Virus record (IMG/VR): IMGVR_UViG_3300013233_000702
Origin: an uncultured virus (IMG/VR IMGVR_UViG_3300013233_000702)
Lineage: Duplodnaviria > Heunggongvirae > Uroviricota > Caudoviricetes
Direction: 5' to 3' (one strand)
DNA length: 64,000 bases
Part shown: in pieces, positions 26,907-36,371 of the stretch
Position numbering within the stretch: the first letter of the stretch is position 1
Layout of the letters: every line of letters starts with the position of its first letter
Translations under genes and position numbers: made by a program
Notes under the pieces: generated by a model
Told to the model about the DNA's origin: nothing
The model's database searches: none
The model's input: only the letters and a program-made list of their open reading frames with translations

Positions 26907-28130
26907 ATGAAAGTCCACGCCGCAGCAGGCCTCATCCTGCTCACCACCACCCTCACCGCCGCAGAACCAGCCAGAGTATACGTCACCAGCACACCCAAGG
27001 GAGCCAAGATCACCCTAAAGGACAAAGACCTCGGCACCACCCCCGCCATCGTCAACATCAAACCAGGAACACACCAACTCACCCTCACCAAGACAAACTA
27101 CAAGCCCACAACCATAACCATCAACGCCACCCGACGCGGCATCACAAAGACAGGAAACATCCAGCTCACCCCGGCCAACGGCACCACGACCACGCAGACC
27201 AGCCCAGCAAGAGGACCAGACTTCACCAAGTTCGGCAAGATCTACGTCAGGAGCGACCCACCCGGAGCACTCATCCAGCACGTCTGGCCAGACGGCGTGA
27301 TCACCAAGTGCAGCACCACCCCGAAGCTCCTCCTCTTCAAGTTCAAGAAGGTCAAGCTCAGGCTCACCAAGGACGGCTACACCCCCGTCACCAGGGAGTA
27401 CGCCCTGATCGAGGGCAGCATCATCAAGCCGGAACCCGTCAAGCTCAAGCCCGCCACCCGCCGCATCGACGTGATGTACAAGGACGAGGGCTGGACCGTC
27501 CTGCTGAACGGAAAGCCCATGAAGGACACCCTGGGCAAGCCGGCCATGGTCCCCTGCACCGTCGAGATCCCCGTGGGCGCCACCGACCTCCGGCTCTGGA
27601 AGGCCCGCAAGGAGATCCCCTTCAGGCTGACCAGTGAGTCGTTCGTGGAGGTGGAGGGAACGCCCCGGCTCTCACGGATAGGGAAGCCCGGACGGAAAGC
27701 GGTCAGGGACGGGGATGTCTCCAAGTATCACAGGCTGAGCCTCTGGCGGAAGTTCGACTTCGAGAACTACACGGAGGAGTTCTGGAACAAGGTCCCCGGG
27801 AAGATCATGACCGTGAAGGCGAACGAGGTCCTGGACACCGGGATCACGCTGAAGAAGGGGCAGGCGTTGGTGGTCCTGCCACACCCGACGGACAAATGGA
27901 AAACAGGACCACATGGGCAACTAACAACATATCGTGGATATAAGTCAAAATGGGACAAAGACCGCTTCTGGGCTAACTCTATGTTTATGGCTGCAATAAC
28001 AAAAAGCAATAACCGCTTTTATAAATACGGGTTAGTTAGAGACCCCAAAAATGTGATGATCATGAGTAACGACCGTGGTCTACATGACAGTTCTGGTTTC
28101 ATACGGATTAAGCTTATCATCTTAAAATAA
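26907..28130 (+). CDS. secreted PEGA-domain protein
   Basis: signal peptide; VYVTSTPKGAKI...LGTTP...PGTHQLTLTK and VRSDPPGALI...KDGY PEGA repeats. Confidence 0.8.
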   Translation: MKVHAAAGLILLTTTLTAAEPARVYVTSTPKGAKITLKDKDLGTTPAIVNIKPGTHQLTLTKTNYKPTTITINATRRGITKTGNIQLTPANGTTTTQTSPARGPDFTKFGKIYVRSDPPGALIQHVWPDGVITKCSTTPKLLLFKFKKVKLRLTKDGYTPVTREYALIEGSIIKPEPVKLKPATRRIDVMYKDEGWTVLLNGKPMKDTLGKPAMVPCTVEIPVGATDLRLWKARKEIPFRLTSESFVEVEGTPRLSRIGKPGRKAVRDGDVSKYHRLSLWRKFDFENYTEEFWNKVPGKIMTVKANEVLDTGITLKKGQALVVLPHPTDKWKTGPHGQLTTYRGYKSKWDKDRFWANSMFMAAITKSNNRFYKYGLVRDPKNVMIMSNDRGLHDSSGFIRIKLIILK

Positions 28131-29612
28131 GCCGTTCTTGGGAATATCTGGATCTATGATGCGTGCTGCATCACGTAAATGGTTTACAGCGATACCGTGC
28201 GCACTAAGTAATGCTTCAATTCCATTTGTTTCACCGCGAATCAGGGACGCGAACTGCAATATCATGTCGTCGCCTAAAAACTTAGCGGCATCATTCCAAT
28301 ACACCTCATATAATTTGGCCGCATTCTTAATGCCCCACTTGCGCATTGACTTAGTAGCATTTGTGGCGTTTCTCTTTATTGCTATTTTAACAACATTAAC
28401 CCCCTGCGCATCAAAATGCCTCTTCCAAGCCAGATATGTGCGACAAATACTTGGATCCTTTAACCCCCAAACATCATTGCGGTTCATTTTAGCAACCAAC
28501 ATTGAGATCTTTTGATGTATACTCCTGCTTAGCTTGTCAACAAAATCAGTAGGGAGATGTCCAGTGCTTGTCCAAGTCATGCCGAATTGCTTTAGGATTG
28601 CTCTATTTAGTGCAAGGAGATCCTTGTGTTCAAAATAACCATTAGGGTTATATCTGTCGGCTGACTTCAAATCCTCTTTCTTCCCGAAGAAAATATCGTT
28701 TTCACTTAATAAATGGGCTAACATAGATGTTCCGCTTCTATAAAAGCCAAATATTACAACACATTTATGCCCTGTTCTGCCGTTTCTTGCATAAACCGAT
28801 TCTTCGCCGAAACCCTGTGGATTGACCACGGTCCTTCCGCTCCACTCGTTCGCCTTCCGAATGCCTTCGTTTCCAATATTGCTTGCTTCCTTATCCTTGC
28901 AGGCCATATTCGACATACGTTCTTCATCGCCATGACAAACGTGCCTACGGTATCGCCTTTCCCTGATCTTCATCTCACGCAGACCATGCTGCTTGAGCCT
29001 GCCCAGAAAGTCCCAGTCTTCATGTCCCCAACCTACGAACGTCTCGTCATAGCCACGGACCGCGAGGAAGGCATTCCTATGCACAGCTAGACGACCACCG
29101 GCGTCCCCGAAGCGCACGACGATGTTCCGGTCCCTGCGGAAGTGCCCATCCAGCAGCTCGCATATTCCTTCCCCGAGGAAATAGTCAGCGTCCACGTGCA
29201 TCAGGATCTCGCCGTCCGCAGCGATATGGGCCACGTTCTTGGCGTGACTCATGTGGAAGTATCTTGGCCAGTCCAGACGCACATACTTTATCAGTCCTGA
29301 TCGGACGTGCTCGCCGCATGCCCCGTTGATCCAGTCATGCAGGCCGTCCCGACTGTTGTAGTCTAAGATGACGAACTGCCTGGACGCGAACGTGGAAGTG
29401 TTGTCGATGCTCTGCGGAAGCGTCTGTCTGAGATGGTGTAGGCGGCCCATACATGGGATACAGAAACTGATCCGCTTCGTAGGCTTGTTCCGTAAAGGGC
29501 TTGATGTCTTGACCGGTTCCCTATTGATCACCCCGTCGAGCGTCCTGGCCTTCTGGACCTGCCACCTCTCCCTGTACTTCCTCATTCTCTGGGCGAACTT
29601 GTCCACAGACAT
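28122..29612 (-). CDS. GT2/GT7-like glycosyltransferase fused to sulfotransferase domain
   Basis: ISFCIPCMGR, VDAD, GYDETFVGWGHED; FGFYRSGTSML, NPNGYFE, WGLKDP. Confidence 0.8.
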   Translation of the reverse strand: MSVDKFAQRMRKYRERWQVQKARTLDGVINREPVKTSSPLRNKPTKRISFCIPCMGRLHHLRQTLPQSIDNTSTFASRQFVILDYNSRDGLHDWINGACGEHVRSGLIKYVRLDWPRYFHMSHAKNVAHIAADGEILMHVDADYFLGEGICELLDGHFRRDRNIVVRFGDAGGRLAVHRNAFLAVRGYDETFVGWGHEDWDFLGRLKQHGLREMKIRERRYRRHVCHGDEERMSNMACKDKEASNIGNEGIRKANEWSGRTVVNPQGFGEESVYARNGRTGHKCVVIFGFYRSGTSMLAHLLSENDIFFGKKEDLKSADRYNPNGYFEHKDLLALNRAILKQFGMTWTSTGHLPTDFVDKLSRSIHQKISMLVAKMNRNDVWGLKDPSICRTYLAWKRHFDAQGVNVVKIAIKRNATNATKSMRKWGIKNAAKLYEVYWNDAAKFLGDDMILQFASLIRGETNGIEALLSAHGIAVNHLRDAARIIDPDIPKNGLF

Positions 29613-29683
29613 CACCCCTTCACGTGCAGCCGTCACCCGTCACCAGGAACCACGGTCGTTCCGAGGGACGACTGTACCGACCT

Positions 29684-31159
29684 TCACGCGATCCTTCCCT
29701 CGACGAGACCGGCACAGAAGTCCAGGAAGCGTCTCCGCCTGTCCGGCACCCTTATCTCGAAGTTGTGGTGGACGAGCTCCCCGTAGGTGGTGCCGATGCC
29801 GAACCTCATGCCGTTTCCAAGGTCCCACTTCGGCACGGCCACGCTCGTCGGCCAGAGCAGCTTGACCCGCACTCCACGCTCCCTGGCAGTCCTTGAGAGA
29901 AGACCGCCGCAGTCGTGCTCCCTCGTGGGCACGAAGCTGGGACTCCCCAGCCGGCGGAAGGTCTCCATCCGGAACGACAGGAAGCCCGGTCCGGCATATA
30001 TGCCGTCCGTCTTGCGCACGTCCCGCTGGGCTATGCCGAAGATTGAGCCGTCGGAGGTCTCGTCCGCAACCCTCTTGACGAGACCCCCACGGACAGGCAC
30101 GCAATCCACGTCGAAGACGGCGACGACGTCTGCGTCCACCGTCTTCAGGAAGTCATCCATCATAGCCGGGTGCTGCGAATCCCTGCACGGCCTGTTCTCC
30201 GCGACCTGCCTGAGCGGGACGCCGAACTTGTCGAAGACCCTCCTCTGTGCCTCCCTGACCTCTGGCTGGACGTTGAGGAGGCTGAAGGAGACTATCTGGA
30301 TCCTCTGTCCGGCGTGCTGGGCAATCCCGTCATGGACGTCCCTGGTGCGGATGCCGTCGTCCTCGCCGTAGCCGTAGGGGTTGACGTGGACTATGCCGTG
30401 CTTGCGGTTGTGGCGGCTCCGGCCAGGGTTGACGCTCTTGGTCCTGCTGTCCGGACCGTAGTTGCGCATACGCTCTTCGTCGCCGTGGCGCAGCCTGGCG
30501 AAGTAGGCCTTTCCGACGTCCACCTGCGTCAATCCCATCATCCGCGCCCTGCGGGCAAGGTCACCGTCCTCATTCCCCCAGCCGGTGAACGACTCGTCGT
30601 AGCCACGCAGCCTGTGGAAGTCGACCGCCCTGATGGCCACCTTGCCGTACTGGGTGCATCTGACGACCTTGTGCGGATTGTCAGCGAACTCCTTCTCGAC
30701 GCGTCCGCAATACCCCTCTACGGCGTAGGTGTCCGCGTCGAGGTTGCAGAGGATCTCCCCATCCCCCATCCTGTGCGCGACGTTCTTGGCATGGCTCATC
30801 TGGAAGTATCTCGGCCAGTCGAGCCGCTTGTACTTCACCAGCCCCGTCCTGAGGTGCTCGCGAAGATTGTCCCGGACCCAATCCCCAAGGCCATCCCTGC
30901 TGCCGTAGTTGAGGACGGCGAACTGCCTGGAGTGGCCCCTGGTCTGCTCGATGCTGGTGGGAAGCGTCCTCCTGAGATGGTGGAGCCTGCCCATGCACGT
31001 GGTGCAGAAGCTGATCCTTGGCCGTTCCCGCTTCCTTGGTTCCGCCGGGGTGCGCCGTTCCGGTGGTGGTTCAAGGCCAAGTGCGCGGTTGATGGTGGCG
31101 AGCCTCTTGGCGTTCCAGTCGCTGCGGCGCCTGCTCATCCTCTGGGCGAACTTGTCCAT
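29684..31159 (-). CDS. GT2/GT7-like glycosyltransferase with second GT-A-like domain
   Basis: ISFCTTCMGR, NLDAD, GYDESFTGWGNED; second DVD motif. Confidence 0.8.
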   Translation of the reverse strand: MDKFAQRMSRRRSDWNAKRLATINRALGLEPPPERRTPAEPRKRERPRISFCTTCMGRLHHLRRTLPTSIEQTRGHSRQFAVLNYGSRDGLGDWVRDNLREHLRTGLVKYKRLDWPRYFQMSHAKNVAHRMGDGEILCNLDADTYAVEGYCGRVEKEFADNPHKVVRCTQYGKVAIRAVDFHRLRGYDESFTGWGNEDGDLARRARMMGLTQVDVGKAYFARLRHGDEERMRNYGPDSRTKSVNPGRSRHNRKHGIVHVNPYGYGEDDGIRTRDVHDGIAQHAGQRIQIVSFSLLNVQPEVREAQRRVFDKFGVPLRQVAENRPCRDSQHPAMMDDFLKTVDADVVAVFDVDCVPVRGGLVKRVADETSDGSIFGIAQRDVRKTDGIYAGPGFLSFRMETFRRLGSPSFVPTREHDCGGLLSRTARERGVRVKLLWPTSVAVPKWDLGNGMRFGIGTTYGELVHHNFEIRVPDRRRRFLDFCAGLVEGRIA

Positions 31160-31160
31160 T

Positions 31161-31838
31161 TCACTCCTTCACGTGCAGCCAGACGTCGCCCGGGATCACC
31201 GTCGTCACCGGGGACAGCGACCCGTCCACGGCCTTCCTGACGCTCTCGAAGACGTGGTAGTCGTGCCCGCACAGCAGGGCACCCCTCTTCACCTTGGGCA
31301 ACCAGGTCCGGATGTCCTGTTCGACGTACTTCCTGTCGTGGTTCGCGTCGATGAAGACGAGGTCGAGGCCGTCCGGCACCTTCTGCGCGGCCTCGGTGGA
31401 GGTCATCCGGAGGATGTGGACGTTCGGTGCGTCGGCGAACATGGCCATTACGTGCGCGCGGTGCGCGTCGCACTTGGCCTGTGCGTGGTACACGGATCCG
31501 CGGGACCTGCTGTACTCGGGCGTGACGCGCCAGGGGTCGATGAGCCAGTGCTGGGCCTGCGGGAGGGCCTTGACCATGGTCTGCGACATGCGTCCCCGGT
31601 GCACTCCTATCTCGACGTAGTTGCGGACCCTGATGCCGAGCATCCTGGTGGCGTTGATCAGGACGTTCCATCTTGGGCCTTTCTGCAATTCCGGCTTGCC
31701 CAGGATGCGCCTTCTGGTCTGGACGATGTCGGGGAGGGCGTTCTTGGCCTGTGGTTCCTTGTCGGTTGACATGTCCAGCCCTCTGTCGTTGAGCCATTTG
31801 GCGTGGAGCGGTCTCATCTTCTTGGCGAACTTGTCCAT
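31161..31838 (-). CDS. class I SAM-dependent methyltransferase (Methyltransf_24-like)
   Basis: VEIGVHRG, IDPW, LDLVFIDANH, GALLCGHDY. Confidence 0.85.
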   Translation of the reverse strand: MDKFAKKMRPLHAKWLNDRGLDMSTDKEPQAKNALPDIVQTRRRILGKPELQKGPRWNVLINATRMLGIRVRNYVEIGVHRGRMSQTMVKALPQAQHWLIDPWRVTPEYSRSRGSVYHAQAKCDAHRAHVMAMFADAPNVHILRMTSTEAAQKVPDGLDLVFIDANHDRKYVEQDIRTWLPKVKRGALLCGHDYHVFESVRKAVDGSLSPVTTVIPGDVWLHVKE

Positions 31839-31861
31839 GCGGTCCTGTGTGGCTTGTTGGC

Positions 31862-31938
31862 TGGTCGGGGCGACTGGACTTGAACCAGCGACCTCCTGCT
31901 CCCAAAGCAGGTGCTCTGCCAAGCTGAGCTACGCCCCG
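31862..31938 (-). tRNA. tRNA-Pro (anticodon UGG), CCA encoded
   Basis: CGGGGCG/CGCCCCG acceptor stem, D-arm GCTC...GAGC, CCTGC-TTTGGGA-GCAGG anticodon arm, GGTTCAAGTCC T-arm, 3' ACCA. Confidence 0.95.
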
Positions 31939-32129
31939 AAAGGAGGTGACGCCGGGAGAGACAGCTTTTGCCCTGTAAAAATCTTGCAAAAACATTCCCA
32001 GCTGCAAGCCATCTGAATGCTATGCTCATCCGCATATTTGCACCAGTGGTCCGGTTTTATAAAACGTCCATTCGAGATCACCATCGGTTCACGCTTCCCA
32101 CAGCAGTCGCAAATGATCTCGGCAGCCAT
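31929..32129 (-). CDS. small Cys-rich hypothetical protein
   Basis: CDCC...CSWEC; overlaps the tRNA 5' end slightly. Confidence 0.45.
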   Translation of the reverse strand: MAAEIICDCCGKREPMVISNGRFIKPDHWCKYADEHSIQMACSWECFCKIFTGQKLSLPASPPFGA

Positions 32130-32159
32130 CTGAAGTCCCCTTGAAGTCCGGTGTTAGCC

Positions 32160-32573
32160 TCAGGCTCTTGTGCGTTCCAGTTGCTCCGGCACTCGTTCAC
32201 GTGCCAGTGTTGCCCGGCCCTCCAGTAGGTTCCTGGTGGCCTGGTCGAGGGTTTCCTGTATGGCGTCGATCTCCCTGCGGAACCTTAGCCTTGCCTGGAG
32301 GTCGCAGGCGGCGTCGTATGCTTCGGTGGCGACGGAGAGCCTTCGCTTGGTGTGCTCGACCGTCCTGACCAGGTCGTTGACGGGCGGTCCGGTCCTGCGC
32401 GGCCTGGTCAGTCCGAGGCGGCCGTGCCTGTACATTCTGCCGTAGTGGAGGCGGCAGAGTTCCTTGGCGAACGCCTTGTTTTCGCAGCCGGGTGCGATGC
32501 AGGTCCTGTGTGGCTTTCTTGCGTGCTTGCTGCGCTTTCGGGCCACTTCTAGGACCCTCCTGGCCCGTTTCAT
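32160..32573 (-). CDS. protein with C-x4-C...C-x2-H zinc finger (as in N-termini of phage HNH proteins) plus helical domain
   Basis: CIAPGCENKAFAKELCRLHYGRMYRHG; no HNH catalytic motif seen. Confidence 0.6.
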   Translation of the reverse strand: MKRARRVLEVARKRSKHARKPHRTCIAPGCENKAFAKELCRLHYGRMYRHGRLGLTRPRRTGPPVNDLVRTVEHTKRRLSVATEAYDAACDLQARLRFRREIDAIQETLDQATRNLLEGRATLARERVPEQLERTRA

Positions 32574-32859
32574 GTCCTGGCTTCAGGTGCTGCTCCAGGT
32601 CGTCCATGCTCCGTATGCTCGTCTTCATGAAGTGCTGCAGCTGGTGGTCGACCGCTGCCTTGGTGAGCTCGGTCATCTTGACGCGGTCGAGCCAGCGCAT
32701 GTTCCGGTAGTCGAGACTGCCGTCCATGGCCTTCTGCAGTATCTTTTCGTCGGTGTAGCCGGCCGCGTGGTTACCCATGATGGTGCGGAGCTGTGCGATC
32801 GTCGTCCGTATCTCTTCGATGGACGAGGTGGCCATTGTCCTGGAGAGTTCGGCATTCAT
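32197..32859 (-). CDS. hypothetical protein, paralog of 32856-33170 (3' extent uncertain)
   Basis: SSIEEIRTTIAQLR...TDEKILQKAMDG...LTKAAV. Confidence 0.55.
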   Translation of the reverse strand: MNAELSRTMATSSIEEIRTTIAQLRTIMGNHAAGYTDEKILQKAMDGSLDYRNMRWLDRVKMTELTKAAVDHQLQHFMKTSIRSMDDLEQHLKPGHETGQEGPRSGPKAQQARKKATQDLHRTRLRKQGVRQGTLPPPLRQNVQARPPRTDQAAQDRTARQRPGQDGRAHQAKALRRHRSIRRRLRPPGKAKVPQGDRRHTGNPRPGHQEPTGGPGNTGT

Positions 32860-33170
32860 TTGTTCTTCCGGTGTTGCGTCGGTAGGATTGGCATGATTAT
32901 GGAACTTGCGAGGACGTTGCGCTGATGCTGCACGACGGCCTTGGTAAGCCCAGATAGTTTCTGGACGTCTGTGAAGGCATGGAAAGCCTTGCCGTCCATG
33001 ACCTTGCCGTCCATGACCTTGCCGTCCATGACCTTGTGCAGCAGCTCTGCGTCGGTGCAGCTGCAGGCACTCCCAAGAACGGCACGTAGCTCTCCGAGGG
33101 TGGTGCGGATTTCTTCGCTGGACGCCCTGCTCATCATCTTGACGAACTCCGACTCCACCTCGGCGAACAT
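32856..33170 (-). CDS. hypothetical protein with (KVMDG)x3 15-bp repeat
   Basis: AAGGAG RBS; SSEEIRTTLGELR...TDAELLHKVMDG...LTKAVV. Confidence 0.6.
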   Translation of the reverse strand: MFAEVESEFVKMMSRASSEEIRTTLGELRAVLGSACSCTDAELLHKVMDGKVMDGKVMDGKAFHAFTDVQKLSGLTKAVVQHQRNVLASSIIMPILPTQHRKNK

Positions 33171-33247
33171 GGCCTGTTGATCTCCTTGGCGTCCGGATCT
33201 CTACGTACCTTCCGTTGAGACGGAGCTTCTGCTATCCTCCCGGTTCA

Positions 33248-33384
33248 GAGGTCTATCCCGTAGACCTCACTACACAGGGACGCGATTCCCCTATAGTCAG
33301 GCTTGCTGCGCCGTAGGCGCGGCTCCCGGAGATGAACCTGAATATACAGTGGTCCATTGCCTGTCGATGGTTCATCGCGTCCCT
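33248..33384. ncRNA. candidate structured intergenic RNA
   Basis: hairpin 33248-33268; 11-bp inverted repeat 33276-33286/33374-33384 enclosing nested stems. Confidence 0.35.
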
Positions 33385-33397
33385 CGGTTTCGTGAGT

Positions 33398-34339
33398 CTA
33401 TCTGTTCGTGCTGATACCCTCTCCGGCGTGCTCCTCGATCTTGAGGGTGTCGAAAGTCCTTTTCCTGGACAGGGTGCCGTCCTTTGGCATCACCGTCTCC
33501 ATGGACGCTATGGACGACTTCTTGATGGAAAGCATCTTGCCGTCTCTTGTCGTCATGACGACAAGTCCGTTCGATTCCATGAAGCGCAGAGCCTCGGTGA
33601 CCGTTCCGTCCTTGAGCTTGAAACGGTGCAGTGGTGCCGTGCTGCGCCTCACCTTGGCGATCAGGTCCTCTGCGCCGAGCTCGCGCAGAGCGGCCCTGGC
33701 GGCGTCCATCCTGTGCCGTGCCTTGACCGAATACCTCATTGCTGCATCCAGCTTGGCCCGTGGCCCATTCCTGATCGCCTCCTTCCTAGCAAGCTCGAGC
33801 TTCTGATAGTCCAGCTTTGCCCTTCCATATTGTTCAACCGCACCGTCTATCCTTTTCTTCCTCTCTGCCAGTCTTTCCTGTTCCGCTTCCCTTCTGTGCC
33901 TTTCCACCAGCTCTTTTCTATGCTTCTCCACTAACCTCTTCTTAGCGTCCTTTTTGCGCTTCGCCTCTTTTGTGCTCCTTAACCGTTCCTGTCTGCTCTT
34001 CTGTATCTCCATGACCAGCCTGTGCCGTTCTATCATGGCCTGCTGCCTTGCCCTTATCTTGGCTGTAGCGAGCCTCTCGTTCTCGGCCCGCATTCTTCCG
34101 AGCACCAGACGCTGTACTCTCGCCCGCTCCTTTCTCTCTGCTTCAAGTTGCTTTCCACGCTCTTGTCTTGCCCGTTCCTGCTCTGCTCGGCGACCGGTGA
34201 CGTATGAGTAGATGGACACCACGGCAGTGCTTAGGACGGTCACGATGACTCCAAGCGCGACGATCTTGCAGATGAAGTAGTACCTGTGCACCTGTCCGAT
34301 GTAGTTCGGAGATTGCGGCCTCCACAGCGGCTTGCTCAT
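33398..34339 (-). CDS. membrane-anchored coiled-coil protein
   Basis: TM helix, long R/E/K coiled coil, C-terminal FKLKDG...IKKSSIASM beta domain. Confidence 0.7.
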   Translation of the reverse strand: MSKPLWRPQSPNYIGQVHRYYFICKIVALGVIVTVLSTAVVSIYSYVTGRRAEQERARQERGKQLEAERKERARVQRLVLGRMRAENERLATAKIRARQQAMIERHRLVMEIQKSRQERLRSTKEAKRKKDAKKRLVEKHRKELVERHRREAEQERLAERKKRIDGAVEQYGRAKLDYQKLELARKEAIRNGPRAKLDAAMRYSVKARHRMDAARAALRELGAEDLIAKVRRSTAPLHRFKLKDGTVTEALRFMESNGLVVMTTRDGKMLSIKKSSIASMETVMPKDGTLSRKRTFDTLKIEEHAGEGISTNR

Positions 34340-34918
34340 CTCTGTCCCTCCCGGTCGATCACACGGACATCACCAGTCAGGGCACCATGTGCACTGACCT
34401 GGACAGTTATTACGAAGCGTTCAGAAGACGCAGACGCCCCTGCAGGCCCACCACCTACCCAGGGCCCACCACGCCCACCGCAGACTTCCCATTAGAACCG
34501 ACAGTAGTGTCATCGTAAATCTCCTTGTAGGCTGACAGCCCCACCCACGCAGCCGCTATGATGCATATCGTGCAGCCGTACCCGATAAAGTGCCCGCATA
34601 TTACCGGGTACGGCTGCGCATGTTCTAATTGGACCAAAATCCATCAGCCAAGCTGATGTCGATTGACTCTTTATGGGCATCGAGCTGACAATTCAATTGC
34701 CCTAAGAACAGAAGGCAAATAGTCTTGCTGAATGAAACGTATCGGTACAAGAAAATCGGTATAATCGAATACGGGTTTCCATAAAAACATATCTCCTACC
34801 ATCCCACAAGTAGCACCATGAGCCTAATCTGTATCCTTTAACCATTTCCATCCCCCTATCTAAACGCGGTCCCCTAGAATGCGGACACTTCAACGCATAT
34901 CTCCACAGACCAGCACCG

Positions 34919-35191
34919 TCAAGTGCCACGGCCCGCAACGTCCTCTACCGCACCGAGCCTCGCCAATACCGCCCTCGCCACCTCCTCCGGACCCCCATAG
35001 GGGCAGTCCGGAGCAGCCAGCACCTTCTCCACCGCAGCCCTGGCCCACTCAGTCGCAACCCTGGCCGTGTCCTGAACCCTCTTCCTGTCGGACAGGAACT
35101 TCACTCCGTCCGCCAGCGTGCCGTCCGCCGGTATGGCCATCACGCTCATCCGGGCCGCCACCAGCTTCTTGAACCACGTTCCCTTCTCCAT
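34919..35191 (-). CDS. hypothetical protein
   Basis: AAGGAG RBS, 90 aa. Confidence 0.55.
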   Translation of the reverse strand: MEKGTWFKKLVAARMSVMAIPADGTLADGVKFLSDRKRVQDTARVATEWARAAVEKVLAAPDCPYGGPEEVARAVLARLGAVEDVAGRGT

Positions 35192-35218
35192 GACCCGGCT
35201 CCTTCTCCCAGAGGCTTC

Positions 35219-36082
35219 CTATGGGGACTGCACGCAGTTCAACCTCGCCCGCCCCCGCCACCCAACCACGTCCGAGTCCGTACCGGTCACCGCCGCCGGG
35301 CCTACCACCTCCACCACCAGCCTATCCGCCTCCCCAACCAGCAGATAGCTCCACGACGGATCCGTCTTGAACTCGTCCACCACGACGTCCTTGACGGTCA
35401 CCGGACCAGTTATTCCGTCCCTCAGGAGCACTATGTCCGCTCGGAAGCTGGCCACGTCCACGTTCTCGAAGGACACCGCCGCTATCGACAGCCGCACATG
35501 GCACGCATTGTCCGCCGCAACCGGAACGGAGAGAAGCTCGGTCGGCGCGTCCGAGGAGGTGATGGCCGTTCCGGTGACGTCCGGGACGCCGGCCCCGGGC
35601 GGCCCGGGCGGTCCAGGCTCTCCCTGGGGCCCCTGTTGGCCTGGCGGCCCGGCGGGGCCGTCCAGGTGTTCCCCTATCTGGTCTGGTTGCTGGTCCATCC
35701 GCTGGCGTACGGGGGTCAGCCTGTCGACGAAGTCGCGGAGTCCGGCCTCGTCGAACTCATAGTCGGTGAAGGAGGAGATGCCGTTCCTGATGCGGAGGAC
35801 GTAGACTGGCGGGTCGGGCTGCTCCGGGAGTAGCATCCCCTGGTCGTCGCGGAGCTCCTTTACGGTCCAGTTGAACTCGTCTCCTTCGACGTCGATGCGC
35901 TCATCAGCCTCGGGGAAGGCGGCCTTCTCGGGCAGGAGCCTGCTGGCGAGGACGAGGAGCTTGGGAACCTGGCTTGTTCCTATGACCTTGACGTCGGTCC
36001 GGTCAGTGCCGTCCGGGCGCAGGCGCATGATGGCGGTGCCGGTTCCGCCGTCGAGGACGTTCTCGAACTCTACCGTGGTCAT
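35219..36082 (-). CDS. hypothetical protein with short collagen-like (GPx) segment
   Basis: GPAGPPGQQGPQGEPGPPGPPG. Confidence 0.65.
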   Translation of the reverse strand: MTTVEFENVLDGGTGTAIMRLRPDGTDRTDVKVIGTSQVPKLLVLASRLLPEKAAFPEADERIDVEGDEFNWTVKELRDDQGMLLPEQPDPPVYVLRIRNGISSFTDYEFDEAGLRDFVDRLTPVRQRMDQQPDQIGEHLDGPAGPPGQQGPQGEPGPPGPPGAGVPDVTGTAITSSDAPTELLSVPVAADNACHVRLSIAAVSFENVDVASFRADIVLLRDGITGPVTVKDVVVDEFKTDPSWSYLLVGEADRLVVEVVGPAAVTGTDSDVVGWRGRARLNCVQSP

Positions 36083-36324
36083 CTGTTCATGGCCCGGGTG
36101 ATGCACTCGAGCGCGGTCTCTATTTCGCTCCATTCGCCCTGGAGGGCGTCAGCGAGGATCCGGCGGTCCTCGTCGGTGATGGAAAGAGGGTCGTTGAACT
36201 CTATGCTGACGAGCCTGCCGTCCTGGTGGACGGTGACGACGCCGCAGACGACCTCGCGGGAGACCAGTTCGTGCTCCACCTCTATGCGTGCGCTTCCGGT
36301 GGTCGCGTTGATCGATATGTTCAT
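36079..36324 (-). CDS. hypothetical protein
   Basis: GGAGG RBS; stop overlaps the next start (ATGA). Confidence 0.55.
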   Translation of the reverse strand: MNISINATTGSARIEVEHELVSREVVCGVVTVHQDGRLVSIEFNDPLSITDEDRRILADALQGEWSEIETALECITRAMNR

Positions 36325-36371
36325 CTGACACCTCCGATGCTATGGTACGTTCGGCATGGAGGGCTGGAGGT

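Noticed and set aside
32160..32573. HNH homing endonuclease
   Set aside because: Only the N-terminal zinc-finger-like motif is present; no HNH catalytic motif is visible.
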